A DNA stretch of 64,000 bases from Hormiphora californensis (taxonomy: Eukaryota > Animalia > Ctenophora). The DNA lies in the NCBI GenBank assembly GCA_020137815.1, contig CM035362.1, positions 930,001 through 994,000 of the forward strand, written 5' to 3'. The position numbers and the translations under genes were made by a program. Shown piece after piece: positions 34,401-47,400 of this stretch (position 1 is the first letter of the stretch; the number at the start of each line of letters is the position of its first letter). The notes under the pieces are model-generated. The model searched no databases, had not been told where the DNA came from, and saw nothing but the letters and a program-made list of their open reading frames with translations.

Positions 34401-35399
34401 CTCCAACCACTGGACACGTGGTTAAGAAACAGAAGACCAGTGTTAACCCCACAATAAACCCGAGTCTGAAGGAGAGCTTTATGAAGTTCAGTGGGAAGGA
34501 TAGTTTTATTGACAAGAAGGGAATTGTGGATACATTCAGTGGTGTGCCTATTGGAACTGGAGATACAAACGGGACTAACAAAGATAATGTGAGTTGATTG
34601 GTTGGTTACCCGTCGGTTAGATGATAGCTCAATTAGGCCAATTTCTCAGTCAAACTATTCCTATGTTGTCTAGATTGTACCCGTCCCACTTCAATTCTCG
34701 ATCTCTCAAGTCAATGAATGATGTCAAATAATTCATCATCCCCTCAGGGTCGTATAACCACGACAACTGAGGAGGCGAAGACAGTGAAGAAGAAGAGTAG
34801 TAGTGTGGGGGGTGCCGATGCTAAAAGAGAGAACAAGAGGCTGAGAAATAATATAACCAAGGAGTTACGGAAACCGGGCCAAAGTAAGTAGTTGTTACGG
34901 AAACCGGCCATTATACCTTGGTAACGCAGTTACCCCTCCCTTACCAGGGCGTGAAGGTGTTATTTCGTAACCAACATTACCGGGATTTCGCTAAGTATAT
35001 CCTAGAATGGTATTGTTATTCCCTTGGCATGTTCCTTGCCTGTCAGCTCTCACACCGGGCCGAAGGCCCGGTGTGAGCTTACGCGAGCCCGAAGGGCGAG
35101 CGTAAGCGAGCTGACAAGGCGCTTAAAGTGCCGAACAGACAGACTGCGTAGCATGGCAATTATTCCCCCTCCTCACTCTATTCTAACTTCTAACCCCCTC
35201 CTCACTCTAATCTATTCTAACCCCCTCCCTCTCCTCCCCAGACTACGACCAACTGTTTTCCCTGCTCGGTCAACTCAAAGGGTCGGGAGAAATGAAACGA
35301 ACCTTTGTGGATGATGTCATTACAGATGCCCAGAAATTCAAGAAAAGAGCCCTGATTGAGAGGTTAAAAACATGGCAGAAAGAGATCAGGGACCGGTAG
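23530..35399 (+). CDS. INTS6: Integrator complex subunit 6, multi-exon
   Basis: MAIILFLVDTSGSMNQRT (vWA), DRYMLVT, DLLNVHR..GLDNYGQ|GRNPFLLEP, ELTKDPFRWDQRIFSLVL, HWPIPECFWP, LPFDKYELEPSPLTQYILE, PFGYLKAS..VNLFVMPYNYP, MGDYQE, FGNPYK; C-terminal LRKPG..Y.QLF..AQKFKKRALI; stop 35397-35399. Confidence 0.93.
28387..28515. repeat. (CT)n microsatellite
   Basis: Long CT run in an INTS6 intron. Confidence 0.95.
31531..32370. mobile_element. Non-autonomous DNA element with poly-G/poly-C termini and 8-bp TSD
   Basis: GTACTACC|G22ACATGTTAATT ... AATTAACATGTC16|GTACTACC; subterminal GTTAAT/TTAACAAA repeats. Confidence 0.85.
35024..35159. mobile_element. 136-bp highly structured insertion with 8-bp TSD
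   Basis: TTATTCCC at 35016-35023 and 35160-35167; ends TTGGCATG/CATGGCAA; internal branched hairpins. Confidence 0.75.
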
Positions 35400-35645
35400 C
35401 ACAGTGGGACATTAGACTCATCTCAAGACTGAATATTAATATAATAAGGGTTACCTCTTGCTCAGATATATGATAAGTTTCTACCAGGATCTGATCCCCT
35501 TCCCCTGATGATCGATATATTGAGGGGACTGGTTCTCCTTATCAAATATCGGGGGAAGGGAAAGAGATCCTGACTATCAGATGACAGATGAATATGTTGT
35601 TAATACACGTCAGTTGATAATACGGCACTAAAGAACAGATTTATC

Positions 35646-35931
35646 GGCCTCCCTTGCACCTCCCTTAATCTCCCTGTCTGGCGCCGCCGACCCCATCTGA
35701 GCGCACTGTCGAGAATCAAATTGGGGTATGGGCGCCGCCATACAGTAATCTCCTAAAGACGTCCCAACTAGGGAATTATAATATATGCACTGCCCGGGAA
35801 GTCATACACCGCCAAAATAGTGTGTCACTGAGTCACTTTTCTGATAGTAGATTTCGTCTCTGGTGGTTTATCTATTATAATCTCCCAGCTGGACGTCTTT
35901 CGGAGACGTCCCCGAAGGGGCAAGGGAGGCC
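35646..35931. mobile_element. Short MITE with ~55-bp imperfect TIRs, interrupted by a 72-bp insertion
   Basis: GGCCTCCCTTGC...AAAGACGTCC..GGGAATTATAATA pairs with TATTATAATCTCCC..GGACGTCTTT...GCAAGGGAGGCC. Confidence 0.6.
35674..35745. mobile_element. 72-bp mini-element, copy 1 (8-bp TSD TAATCTCC)
   Basis: TAATCTCC|CTGTCTGGCGCCGCC...GGCGCCGCCATACAG|TAATCTCC; 15-bp imperfect TIR. Confidence 0.8.
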
Positions 35932-36667
35932 ATAATAGAGGGAGATGGACTGTGAAGTATTTATACTTTTTAGCTTGCCCCCTTGCCCCTGAAAATTAAG
36001 ATGTCTATCATATTTATTGCGTGTAAAGAGTTACAAATCAGCAATTAAAGAATTAAAATAATTAGGGTATGGAATTTGTGCCATTTTCAACTTGTTTCCT
36101 AGAAGAGAGAATATAATAATGGATCTATAAATATCACATGTTTTTATCTCTTGTGTTTACACGACTGATCGAAGTTAAATTATTTAACACGAGTTTTTAC
36201 GGCACTTTGCAAAGTGCTTCGTGAGCTGTCAGGCCAATGCTCTGACCACAGTTCTCGCGCGCTCCGTTTGAGAGAAACGAGAATGGGTCAGGCCAATGCT
36301 CTGACCGTTCGTGAGAGAGAAGGGGATGAAATAATACTCGCCTGGTGCAAGCTATGCATACAATGTGAATGTCACTGACAGATTGAGAGAGCGATTGGGT
36401 GAAGAATCAAAATAAAGATTTGTACCGGGTGGCGGGTTTAAAGCCTGATGTATAACTAATAACAGTGACGTCATGAATCTCTGAATCGTTAGATAAATTG
36501 CCACATTGCAAGATCTGAGGCATATCGAGTACATACTATGATGTTGAGGGGTCTATAATATCGAGGAAGCTGTGTAAAATGTTTGGGATAATATCTGTGA
36601 AATGTTTTGTAACATATCTCCCCATTTTCCTCAATGACAACTAAAAACTAAACTGTTTTACTTTGTA

Positions 36668-37570
36668 TATTAGGTCATCCAATATTTATCTGGACTTGGT
36701 TATTGTGAGAGAACGGTATCAGATAGAGCCAAGCGGCCGGTTTTAGCGTCTTCCTTGGACATTTTTGGGTTGGACTAGCATGGTGGCAGCCTTCACATGC
36801 CTGTTCTATGGTCTCACAGGCAATGAGTTTAGGCATTACTCCAGTTGCCGCTTTACGCAAGAATAAACTGTGGCACTATGGAAGATTGAATATGTCATGG
36901 CATTTTGTCTATTGGGAACAGATGATCGGTTTGACCGTTGTTCCTAGATCAATTTTAAAGCCCGAACACGATGCAACCATAATTGAAGCTTTTACATTCC
37001 ATCTTCACTCTCAAAAATTGGCTTTTTGCCAAAATTTCGTCTTACGCACTTAATGCCCGTTTTTGTACGTTTTAGACGTCTAAATGACATGAATCGAACG
37101 TTAAATGTTAGCTAGTACAATTTTCTAGGTCCAATGTGAGTTTTATTACGATCAATCAATGGATACTTAGCTCATGGCGGCTTTTTTCAATACATGAGTA
37201 AAAAGTTCAGCTTATCCAAACCTTGCGAAAATCACTTCCAAGTGCTAGAAATTTTATCCAAAAATTTCAGGAAGGTTCATGGAATACCTCAAGCCATTTG
37301 ATAAGACACGTATAGGGTTAAGAACCGTCCAAATTATCCGGAAGTAGGTCTAATTGGTCCAAAATTGAGTTGAAAAATGGCGTAAAGCGGCAACTAGAGT
37401 AATGCCTAAACTCATTGCCTGTGAGACCATAGAGCAGGCATTTGAAGGCTCCCACCATGCTAGTACAACCCAAAAATATTCGAGAAAGACGCTGGAACCG
37501 GCCGCTTGGCTCTATCTGATACCGTTCTCTCACAATAACCCAGTCCAGATCAATATTGGATGACCTAATA
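36668..37570. mobile_element. Non-autonomous mariner-type element with ~190-bp TIRs, copy A
   Basis: TATTAGGTCATCCAATATT... / ...AATATTGGATGACCTAATA; homologous over its length to 58738-59648 in inverted orientation. Confidence 0.88.
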
Positions 37571-37826
37571 TTTCAATCTGTTGTCCCAGTCAAATCGAGG
37601 CGGCACCGCCAGACAGCACATCTTGTACTTGTACTACAAGTTGTAGGATGACGGCATGTTGATGTTGCGACACACAGTGACACAATACCGATACGGTAGT
37701 GTGACTGTGTTGCGACATCAACAATGCCGTATTGCCGTGCAGTAGTGACTACCTGCAAACCGGGGCAGGTATAATAGCCAATGGTCTACCCTGCAGTAAC
37801 CTGTCTGTTTTGATTCCGGAACAGAT

Positions 37827-37883
37827 CTGTCTGGCGCCGCGACGCCGTCTGATAATCAAATGGGGTATGGCGCCGCCATACAG
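37827..37883. mobile_element. 57-bp mini-element, copy 2 (8-bp TSD GAACAGAT)
   Basis: GAACAGAT|CTGTCTGGCGCCGC...AATCAAATGGGGTATGGCGCCGCCATACAG|GAACAGAT; internally deleted relative to 35674-35745. Confidence 0.8.
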
Positions 37884-37886
37884 GAA

Positions 37887-40800
37887 CAGATTGGGTCGCC
37901 AGACAGACAGGACACGACAGTGTGCTCAGATCGGGTCACCAGACAGGACACGACAGTGTGCTCAGATCGGGTCACCAGACAGGACACGACAGTGTGCTCA
38001 GATCGGGTCACCAGACAGGACACGACAGTGTGCTCAGATCGGGTCACCAGACAGGACAGTGTGCTCAGATCGGGTCACCAGACAGGACACGACAGTGTGC
38101 TCAGATCGGGTCACCAGACAGGACACGACAGTGTGCTCAGATCGGGTCACCAGACAGGACACGACAGTGTGCTCAGATCGGGTCACCAGACAGGACACGA
38201 CAGTGTGCTCAGATCGGGTCACCAGACAGGACACGACAGTGTGCTCAGATCGGGTCACCAGACAGGACACGACAGTGTGCTCAGATCGGGTCACCAGACA
38301 GGACACGACAGTGTGCTCAGATCGGGTCACCAGACAGGACACGACAGTGTGCTCAGATCGGGTCACCAGACAGGACACGACAGTGTGCTCAGATCGGGTC
38401 ACCAGACAGGACACGACAGTGTGCTCAGATCGGGTCACCAGACAGGACACGACAGTGTGCTCAGATCGGGTCACCAGACAGGACACGACAGTGTGCTCAG
38501 ATCGGGTCACCAGACAGGACACGACAGTGTGCTCAGATCGGGTCACCAGACAGGACACGACAGTGTGCTCAGATCGGGTCACCAGACAGGACACGACAGT
38601 GTGCTCAGATCGGGTCACCAGACAGGACACGACAGTGTGCTCAGATCGGGTCACCAGACAGGACACGACAGTGTGCTCAGATCGGGTCACCAGACAGGAC
38701 ACGACAGTGTGCTCAGATCGGGTCACCAGACAGGACACGACAGTGTGCTCAGATCGGGTCACCAGACAGGACACGACAGTGTGCTCAGATCGGGTCACCA
38801 GACAGGACACGACAGTGTGCTCAGATCGGGTCACCAGACAGGACACGACAGTGTGCTCAGATCGGGTCACCAGACAGGACACGACAGTGTGCTCAGATCG
38901 GGTCACCAGACAGGACACGACAGTGTGCTCAGATCGGGTCACCAGACAGGACACGACAGTGTGCTCAGATCGGGTCACCAGACAGGACACGACAGTGTGC
39001 TCAGATCGGGTCACCAGACAGGACACGACAGTGTGCTCAGATCGGGTCACCAGACAGGACACGACAGTGTGCTCAGATCGGGTCACCAGACAGGACACGA
39101 CAGTGTGCTCAGATCGGGTCACCAGACAGGACACGACAGTGTGCTCAGATCGGGTCACCAGACAGGACACGACAGTGTGCTCAGATCGGGTCACCAGACA
39201 GGACACGACAGTGTGCTCAGATCGGGTCACCAGACAGGACACGACAGTGTGCTCAGATCGGGTCACCAGACAGGACACGACAGTGTGCTCAGATCGGGTC
39301 ACCAGACAGGACACGACAGTGTGCTCAGATCGGGTCACCAGACAGGACACGACAGTGTGCTCAGATCGGGTCACCAGACAGGACACGACAGTGTGCTCAG
39401 ATCGGGTCACCAGACAGGACACGACAGTGTGCTCAGATCGGGTCACCAGACAGGACACGACAGTGTGCTCAGATCGGGTCACCAGACAGGACACGACAGT
39501 GTGCTCAGATCGGGTCGCCAGACAGGACACGACAGTGTGCTCAGATCGGGTCACCAGACAGACGACAGTGTGCTCAGATCGGGTCGCCAGACAGGACACG
39601 ACAGTGTGCTCAGATCGGGTCACCAGACACGACAGTGTGCTCAGATCGGGTCGCCAGACAGGACACGACAGTGTGCTCAGATCGGGTCACCAGACAGGAC
39701 ACGACAGTGTGCTCAGATCGGGTCACCAGACAGGACACGACAGTGTGCTCAGATCGGGTCACCAGACAGGACACGACAGTGTGCTCAGATCGGGTCACCA
39801 GACAGGACACGACAGTGTGCTCAGATCGGGTCACCAGACAGGACACGACAGTGTGCTCAGATCGGGTCACCAGACAGGACACGACAGTGTGCTCAGATCG
39901 GGTCACCAGACAGGACACGACAGTGTGCTCAGATCGGGTCGCCAGACAGGACACGACAGTGTGCTCAGATCGGGTCACCAGACAGGACACGACAGTGTGC
40001 TCAGATCGGGTCACCAGACAGGACACGACAGTGTGCTCAGATCGGGTCACCAGACAGGACACGACAGTGTGCTCAGATCGGGTCACCAGACAGGACACGA
40101 CAGTGTGCTCAGATCGGGTCACCAGACAGGACACGACAGTGTGCTCAGATCGGGTCACCAGACAGGACACGACAGTGTGCTCAGATCGGGTCACCAGACA
40201 GGACACGACAGTGTGCTCAGATCGGGTCACCAGACAGGACACGACAGTGTGCTCAGATCGGGTCACCAGACAGGACACGACAGTGTGCTCAGATCGGGTC
40301 ACCAGACAGGACACGACAGTGTGCTCAGATCGGGTCACCAGACAGGACACGACAGTGTGCTCAGATCGGGTCACCAGACAGGACACGACAGTGTGCTCAG
40401 ATCGGGTCACCAGACAGGACACGACAGTGTGCTCAGATCGGGTCACCAGACAGGACACGACAGTGTGCTCAGATCGGGTCACCAGACAGGACATGACAGT
40501 GTGCTCAGATCGGGTCACCAGACAGACAGGACAGTGTGCTCAGATCGGGTCGCCAGACAGGACACGACAGTGTGCTCAGATCGGGTCACCAGACACGACA
40601 GTGTGCTCAGATCGGGTCGCCAGACAGGACACGACAGTGTGCTCAGATCGGGTCACCAGACACGACAGTGTGCTCAGATCGGGTCGCCAGACAGGACACG
40701 ACAGTGTGCTCAGATCGGGTCACCAGACAGGACACGACAGTGTGCTCAGATCGGGTCACCAGACAGGACACGACAGTGTGCTCAGATCGGGTCACCAGAC

Positions 40801-43800
40801 AGGACACGACAGTGTGCTCAGATCGGGTCACCAGACAGGACACGACAGTGTGCTCAGATCGGGTCACCAGACTGGACACGACAGTGTGCTCAAATCGGGT
40901 CACCAGACAGGACACGACAGTGTGCTCAGATCGGGTCACCAGACAGGACACGACAGTGTGCTCAGATCGGGTCGCCAGACAGGACACGACAGTGTGCTCA
41001 GATCGGGTCACCAGACAGGACACGACAGTGTGCTCAGATCGGGTCACCAGACAGGACACGACAGTGTGCTCAGATCGGGTCACCAGACAGGACACGACAG
41101 TGTGCTCAGATCGGGTCACCAGACAGGACACGACAGTGTGCTCAGATCGGGTCACCAGACAGGACACGACAGTGTGCTCAGATCGGGTCACCAGACAGGA
41201 CACGACAGTGTGCTCAGATCGGGTCACCAGACAGGACACGACAGTGTGCTCAGATCGGGTCACCAGACAGGACACGACAGTGTGCTCAGATCGGGTCACC
41301 AGACAGGACACGACAGTGTGCTCAGATCGGGTCACCAGACAGGACATGACAGTGTGCTCAGATCGGGTCACCAGACAGACAGGACAGTGTGCTCAGATCG
41401 GGTCGCCAGACAGGACATGACAGTGTGCTCAGATCGGGTCACCAGACAGGACATGACAGTGTGCTCAGATCGGGTCACCAGACACGACAGTGTGCTCAGA
41501 TCGGGTCGCCAGACAGGACACGACAGTGTGCTCAGATCGGGTCGCCAGACAGGACACGACAGTGTGCTCAGATCGGGTCACCAGACAGGACACGACAGTG
41601 TGCTCAGATCCAGACAGATCGGGTCACCAGACAGGACACGACAGTGTGCTCAGATCGGGTCACCAGACAGGACACGACAGTGTGCTCAGATCGGGTCGCC
41701 AGACAGGACACGACAGTGTGCTCAGATCGGGTCACCAGACAGGACACGACAGTGTGCTCAGATCGGGTCACCAGACTGGACACGACAGTGTGCTCAGATC
41801 GGGTCGCCAGACAGGACACGACAGTGTGCTCAGATCGGGTCACCAGACAGGACATGACAGTGTGCTCAGATCGGGTCACCAGACAGGACACGACAGTGTG
41901 CTCAGATCGGGTCACCAGACAGGACACGACAGTGTGCTCAGATCGGGTCACCAGACAGGACACGACAGTGTGCTCAGATCGGGTCACCAGACAGGACACG
42001 ACAGTGTGCTCAGATCGGGTCACCAGACAGGACACGACAGTGTGCTCAGATCGGGTCACCAGACAGGACACGACAGTGTGCTCAGATCGGGTCACCAGAC
42101 AGGACACGACAGTGTGCTCAGATCGGGTCACCAGACAGGACATGACAGTGTGCTCAGATCGGGTCGCCAGACAGGACAGTGTGCTCAGATCGGGTCGCCA
42201 GACAGGACACGACAGTGTGCTCAGATCGGGTCACCAGACAGGACACGACAGTGTGCTCAGATCGGGTCACCAGACAGGACACGACAGTGTGCTCAGATCG
42301 GGTCACCAGACAGGACACGACAGTGTGCTCAGATCGGGTCACCAGACAGGACACGACAGTGTGCTCAGATCGGGTCACCAGACAGGACACGACAGTGTGC
42401 TCAGATCGGGTCACCAGACAGGACACGACAGTGTGCTCAGATCGGGTCACCAGACAGGACACGACAGTGTGCTCAGATCGGGTCACCAGACAGGACACGA
42501 CAGTGTGCTCAGATCGGGTCACCAGACAGGACACGACAGTGTGCTCAGATCGGGTCACCAGACAGGACATGACAGTGTTCTCAGATCGGGTCACCAGACA
42601 GACAGGACAGTGTGCTCAGATCGGGTCGCCAGACAGGACACGACAGTGTGCTCAGATCGGGTCACCAGACACGACAGTGTGCTCAGATCGGGTCGCCAGA
42701 CAGGACACGACAGTGTGCTCAGATCGGGTCGCCAGACAGGACACGACAGTGTGCTCAGATCGGGTCACCAGACAGGACACGACAGTGTGCTCAGATCGGG
42801 TCACCAGACAGGACACGACAGTGTGCTCAGATCGGGTCACCAGACAGGACACGACAGTGTGCTCAGATCGGGTCACCAGACAGGACACGACAGTGTGCTC
42901 AGATCGGGTCACCAGACAGGACACGACAGTGTGCTCAGATCGGGTCACCAGACAGGACACGACAGTGTGCTCAGATCGGGTCACCAGACAGGACACGACA
43001 GTGTGCTCAGATCGGGTCACCAGACAGCAGATACCTTCTCACTGCATCAATGCCGTTAGTGATTACCCAATTGCCGTACCAGTAGGGAAAGTGCACGGTC
43101 GAGATTGGATCAAAAAGGTGAAACAACAAAACCTGTCCAATCTCGATCGGGTCGCCAGACTCGATCAGCGACAACAGCACTTGCCCTACCACGAATAAAA
43201 CAAAATCTCAAACACGGTGTCTTTTAGGGAAAGTCGAAACAGAAAGATGGGAGTTTGGTTTATACAGGGTCACGACAGTGTGCTCAGATCGGGTCACCAG
43301 ACAGGACACGACAGTGTGCTCAGATCGGGTCACCAGACAGGACACGACAGTGTGCTCAGATCGGGTCACCAGACAGGACATGACAGTGTGCTCAGATCGG
43401 GTCACCAGACAGACAGGACAGTGTGCTCAGATCGGGTCGCCAGACAGGACACGACAGTGTGCTCAGATCGGGTCACCAGACACGACAGTGTGCTCAGATC
43501 GGGTCACCAGACAGGACACGACAGTGTGCTCAGATCGGGTCACCAGACAGGACACGACAGTGTGCTCAGATCGGGTCACCAGACAGGACACGACAGTGTG
43601 CTCAGATCGGGTCACCAGACAGGACACGACAGTGTGCTCAGATCGGGTCGCCAGACAGGACACGACAGTGTGCTCAGATCGGGTCACCAGACAGGACACG
43701 ACAGTGTGCTCAGATCGGGTCGCCAGACAGGACACGACAGTGTGCTCAGATCGGGTCGCCAGACAGGACACGACAGTGTGCTCAGATCGGGTCACCAGAC

Positions 43801-44117
43801 AGGACACGACAGTGTGCTCAGATCGGGTCGCCAGACAGGACACGACAGTGTGCTCAGATCGGGTCACCAGACAGCAGATACCCTCTCACTGCATCAATGC
43901 CGTTAGTGATTACCCAATTGCCGTACCAGTAGGGAAAGTGCACGGTCGAGATTGGATCAAAAAGGTGAAACAAAACCTGTCCAATCTCGATCGGGTCGCC
44001 AGACTCGATCAGCGACAACAGCACTTGCCCTACCACGAATAAAACAAAATCTCAAACACGGTGTCTTTTAGGGAAAGTCGAAACAGAAAGATGGGAGTTT
44101 GGTTTATACAGGGTCAC
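37887..44117. repeat. 36-bp satellite array (GACAGGACACGACAGTGTGCTCAGATCGGGTCACCA)n with a duplicated ~245-bp unique block
   Basis: Arrays at ~37887-43027 and ~43274-43874; near-identical unique blocks at 43028-43273 and 43875-44117. Confidence 0.98.
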
Positions 44118-44435
44118 ATAATGGTGGTGGGGGAGTGTTACAGGGTGTTACACAATAAATATATCAAACTAGAAAATGGCATTTAAAATCGGATAGCAAC
44201 AGTCCACATCATATCTAACCTAGTCAATCTATTTGGGAAAGTGTTCGGTTTGGTTGTGAACAAACACTGTCTCTCTTTCTCTCTTGTTAGATTGTTCGGT
44301 TGTTTGATGGTGAAAAGGTCACGGGGTCGCCAGGAGGGAATCACTATAGGTGAAGCAGGAGGGGTCCTAGAGGTGGAGCAGGAGGGGTCCTAGAGGTGAG
44401 TAGCAGGAGGGAGGGAGAAGGTCGAAGGAGTTGAT

Positions 44436-47400
44436 CTATTTCGTTGACTTAACCAAGTAAGCGATCAGATCTGAAAAGAGGGGGTTTGGTTAGTAAGATG
44501 ATCAAAAGAATTGTAAAGAATGAACAATCATTTGCGCCTCAAGCTGTCAAATTCAAATCTGAGGAAAGCCGGGTTTGTCACACACACACACGCACAGAGA
44601 GAAGCAGACACTGAGCGCGCGATCAGATTGAATGAATTGAGTTCGCGCGTTCCAGTCGGTTGGCAACTCGAGAATGTTCCCTGAAGAAGTGAGGTGGGTG
44701 AGAGACGGAAGAGACAGGGGTATCACGTACATATAACGGGAATGTGTGTGTCAGGAAATAGAAGAAACAGAGGAAGGGAGAGTGAGACAGAGAGACAGAA
44801 AAAGAAAGAGTAATAAGAAGGAAAGGATTAAAGAATAAATCTTTCGTAATTGGTCATACATCGGCATTCAATTCATTTTCGACCACATCTATCTCTAGCA
44901 CAATATCAGTGTGTGTATTGAATTTACCAATTACAAGCCGGCATTTTACATCACACTTTTTACGGCAGAGGACAGAGAAAGAAATGGGAGAGAGATAAAA
45001 TAAGAACAAGAGAGAATAAATAATGACTGTCGTGAATAAGAATTAGAAGAAGCATAGAACATAGCGTGAGGCATTAGAAAATTAGAGCAGGGAAATACTT
45101 CAGCGCCAAGGACAAACAACTTGACAGACAGACACATCCGATAAAGGACAACGCTATATAAACATAAGGTACTATTTAAGAGGGGGGGGGGGGTTACTAA
45201 ATAAACCTACCATCTCGGTCCTTCTTCTTCTTCAGTCCAGCGAAGACCATCTTGGTACCTGAGATGGGATATCAGAGTTAGGAATTACGTGGCAGTAGAA
45301 ATACCCCCGGGCCACATTATGTAATTAACTAATTATAGTTGTTAGAAATACACTGCATACGTGTCGCACCTTTTGCCCCGACCTCCAGTCTACAAGGGAC
45401 AAACGTCAAACAGATATAGAGTGAGAGAGCTGAGGGAAAGATGCGGAAGAGGGTACGTCACTATGTAGCACTCTTCCCTCTGACCCCCTCTCTCTTTCTC
45501 TCTTTCTAGTCCCCCTCTTTCCTACACACACAGACACCCCCAAATTGAGTTTTCTCAAGTCGCCAGTTCCCCCTCTGCTCTATCTACCAATCACCTCATT
45601 CCCTAGAAATATAATATTCTTTCATCCGATAGTTTATATTACCACCCTTCTCGTGATGCGTAATTTCATTCCCACTCGCTAACGAAAACGAAATGTTTCA
45701 CTTATTGGATTTCAGAATCCACATGACACGCAACTTGGCTAAAGTTCACTCCCTTCTCAGTTCCGAGGTGATAAGAAACCTCTCGGTTCCAAGCTATCTC
45801 TACAGATAAAATGGCACTGAGCCATTGTGTAAGCTAGCTCGGTAGTAATTGTTACTATCGAACAGTGAACACGAGATGCCACACCTAAAAAGCACCGGCT
45901 AGAACATCAGGTGGTACTGGTTACACAATATCACGGGGTCCATTATATCAAGTAACCGATAGTTGCTAACAATCTTCTAGAACAACTTCCCCCATGTTAA
46001 TCGTGTTGTTATTTTACCACGCCCACAACCAATACTACTACAGCTGTTGTCTACTACTCAGGGTGAGAGTTTAGTGACGTAATTACAGATACATCACAAG
46101 ATATACATCATGCATGATTTCCACACCCTTCATTTGTGATTTGGTTGTTTCCACAATTTTAACACAATTTTACCAGTTTAGGACCGAAAAATACACCCCA
46201 TTCGAAATTATCCCACAGGCAGTTTCTACAACTAACCAATAATAAGAACTCACCCACATTGACTTACCGGAAACTAACTTACACCCAGTACCCGCCTATG
46301 TTACTTACCAGGAATGTACTTCTTGGGGTTGGTCAGATAGACATCTAGGGTCTCCTTGGTCCATGTGATTCCTGAGAAGAGATGGAGGTTAGTACTTAGC
46401 AGCAAGTTGGGGGTTTGCAGAGGGATTGCAGTTGGAGGGAGGATGAGTCATGAGGAGGTCATGCAGGGGAATGTGAATGTTGGGAGGAGGTTCAAGTGAG
46501 ACATTGTTTGTATCGGGTGTGTCAGGAATTGAGACATGAGATCGCATAGGTAGAGGGGCGGGGACCAGGAGAAGAAAACGCTAGAGATGACATAATGATG
46601 TGGCATGTCAGTTTTAAAAAGATCTCAAAACAACGAGAATCTAATTAGTGGTCATCGTGGGGGGGGGGGGGATCGTGGGCGGTCACCGACATGAAGGAGA
46701 TGTTCTAGAATGATTAGGACGCGAGAGAGAGAGAGAGAGAGAGAGAGAGTGAGAGAAGCACACTGTGCTTTAAAATTAAACACCTTCTCAACCCATCTCA
46801 ACCTTCTAGAACTTTCTAATTTCTTTCTTGATTGCATTTCCATTTGCCCGCTGTATTTCTCTCTTTCCATTTCTTTATTTCTCTCTCTGAGAAAGTTTAA
46901 AAGATGCAGCCATGTTTCTTGCATGTTACGATCCCCGGTAGCCATTAATATTTTCCGGTACACCACGCAAGCAAGTTGCACATTCGTGTACATCCATCCG
47001 TATTGTTCGAATAAAAAGACCAGAAATTACGCTATTGCGAAACTATTTTAAGAACTTTCTTCTCGTTTCTTCTCCTCCACTCTCTTGCACGACAATTCTT
47101 AGAAATTTTCTCCCCTCCCTCATGAGGTCACTCAAGTTCTCCCCCTCTCCCGCCCTTCACACCTTCCCGTGAGGGGAACGCCCCGACTTAGAGGAGAGGG
47201 GGGGACAAGCAAGTTGTGTTCTTAGGAATTGAAAGGAACTTAGCGAGGGAGAGGGAAACTCCCGGGAAACAAAGACGGATTAGATCGGGGATAACGAAGG
47301 TGAGATAAAGATTAGAGTGAGAGAGAGAGAGAGAGTGAGAGAAAGAGTGAGAGAAAGAGTGAGAGAAAGTGAGAGAGAGAGAGAGAGAGAGAGAGAGTGA

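Noticed and set aside
35111-35140. Hammerhead ribozyme (CTGACAA-stem-GAAC)
   Set aside because: The core deviates from CUGAnGA and GAAA at essential positions, and no convincing stem III or cleavage triplet is present.
36228-36306. Direct repeat GTCAGGCCAATGCTCTGACC x2 with CCAAT
   Set aside because: No adjacent gene start or element ends identified; function unsupported.
37887-43874. CRISPR-like array (36-bp repeats)
   Set aside because: Repeats are contiguous with no unique spacers, no cas genes are present and the context is eukaryotic.
37732-44042. Very long ORFs (up to 1311 aa) across the satellite
   Set aside because: The 36-bp monomer has no stop in any plus frame; 4-5-bp indels switch frames freely and overlapping frames are equally open, so there is no sign of coding constraint.
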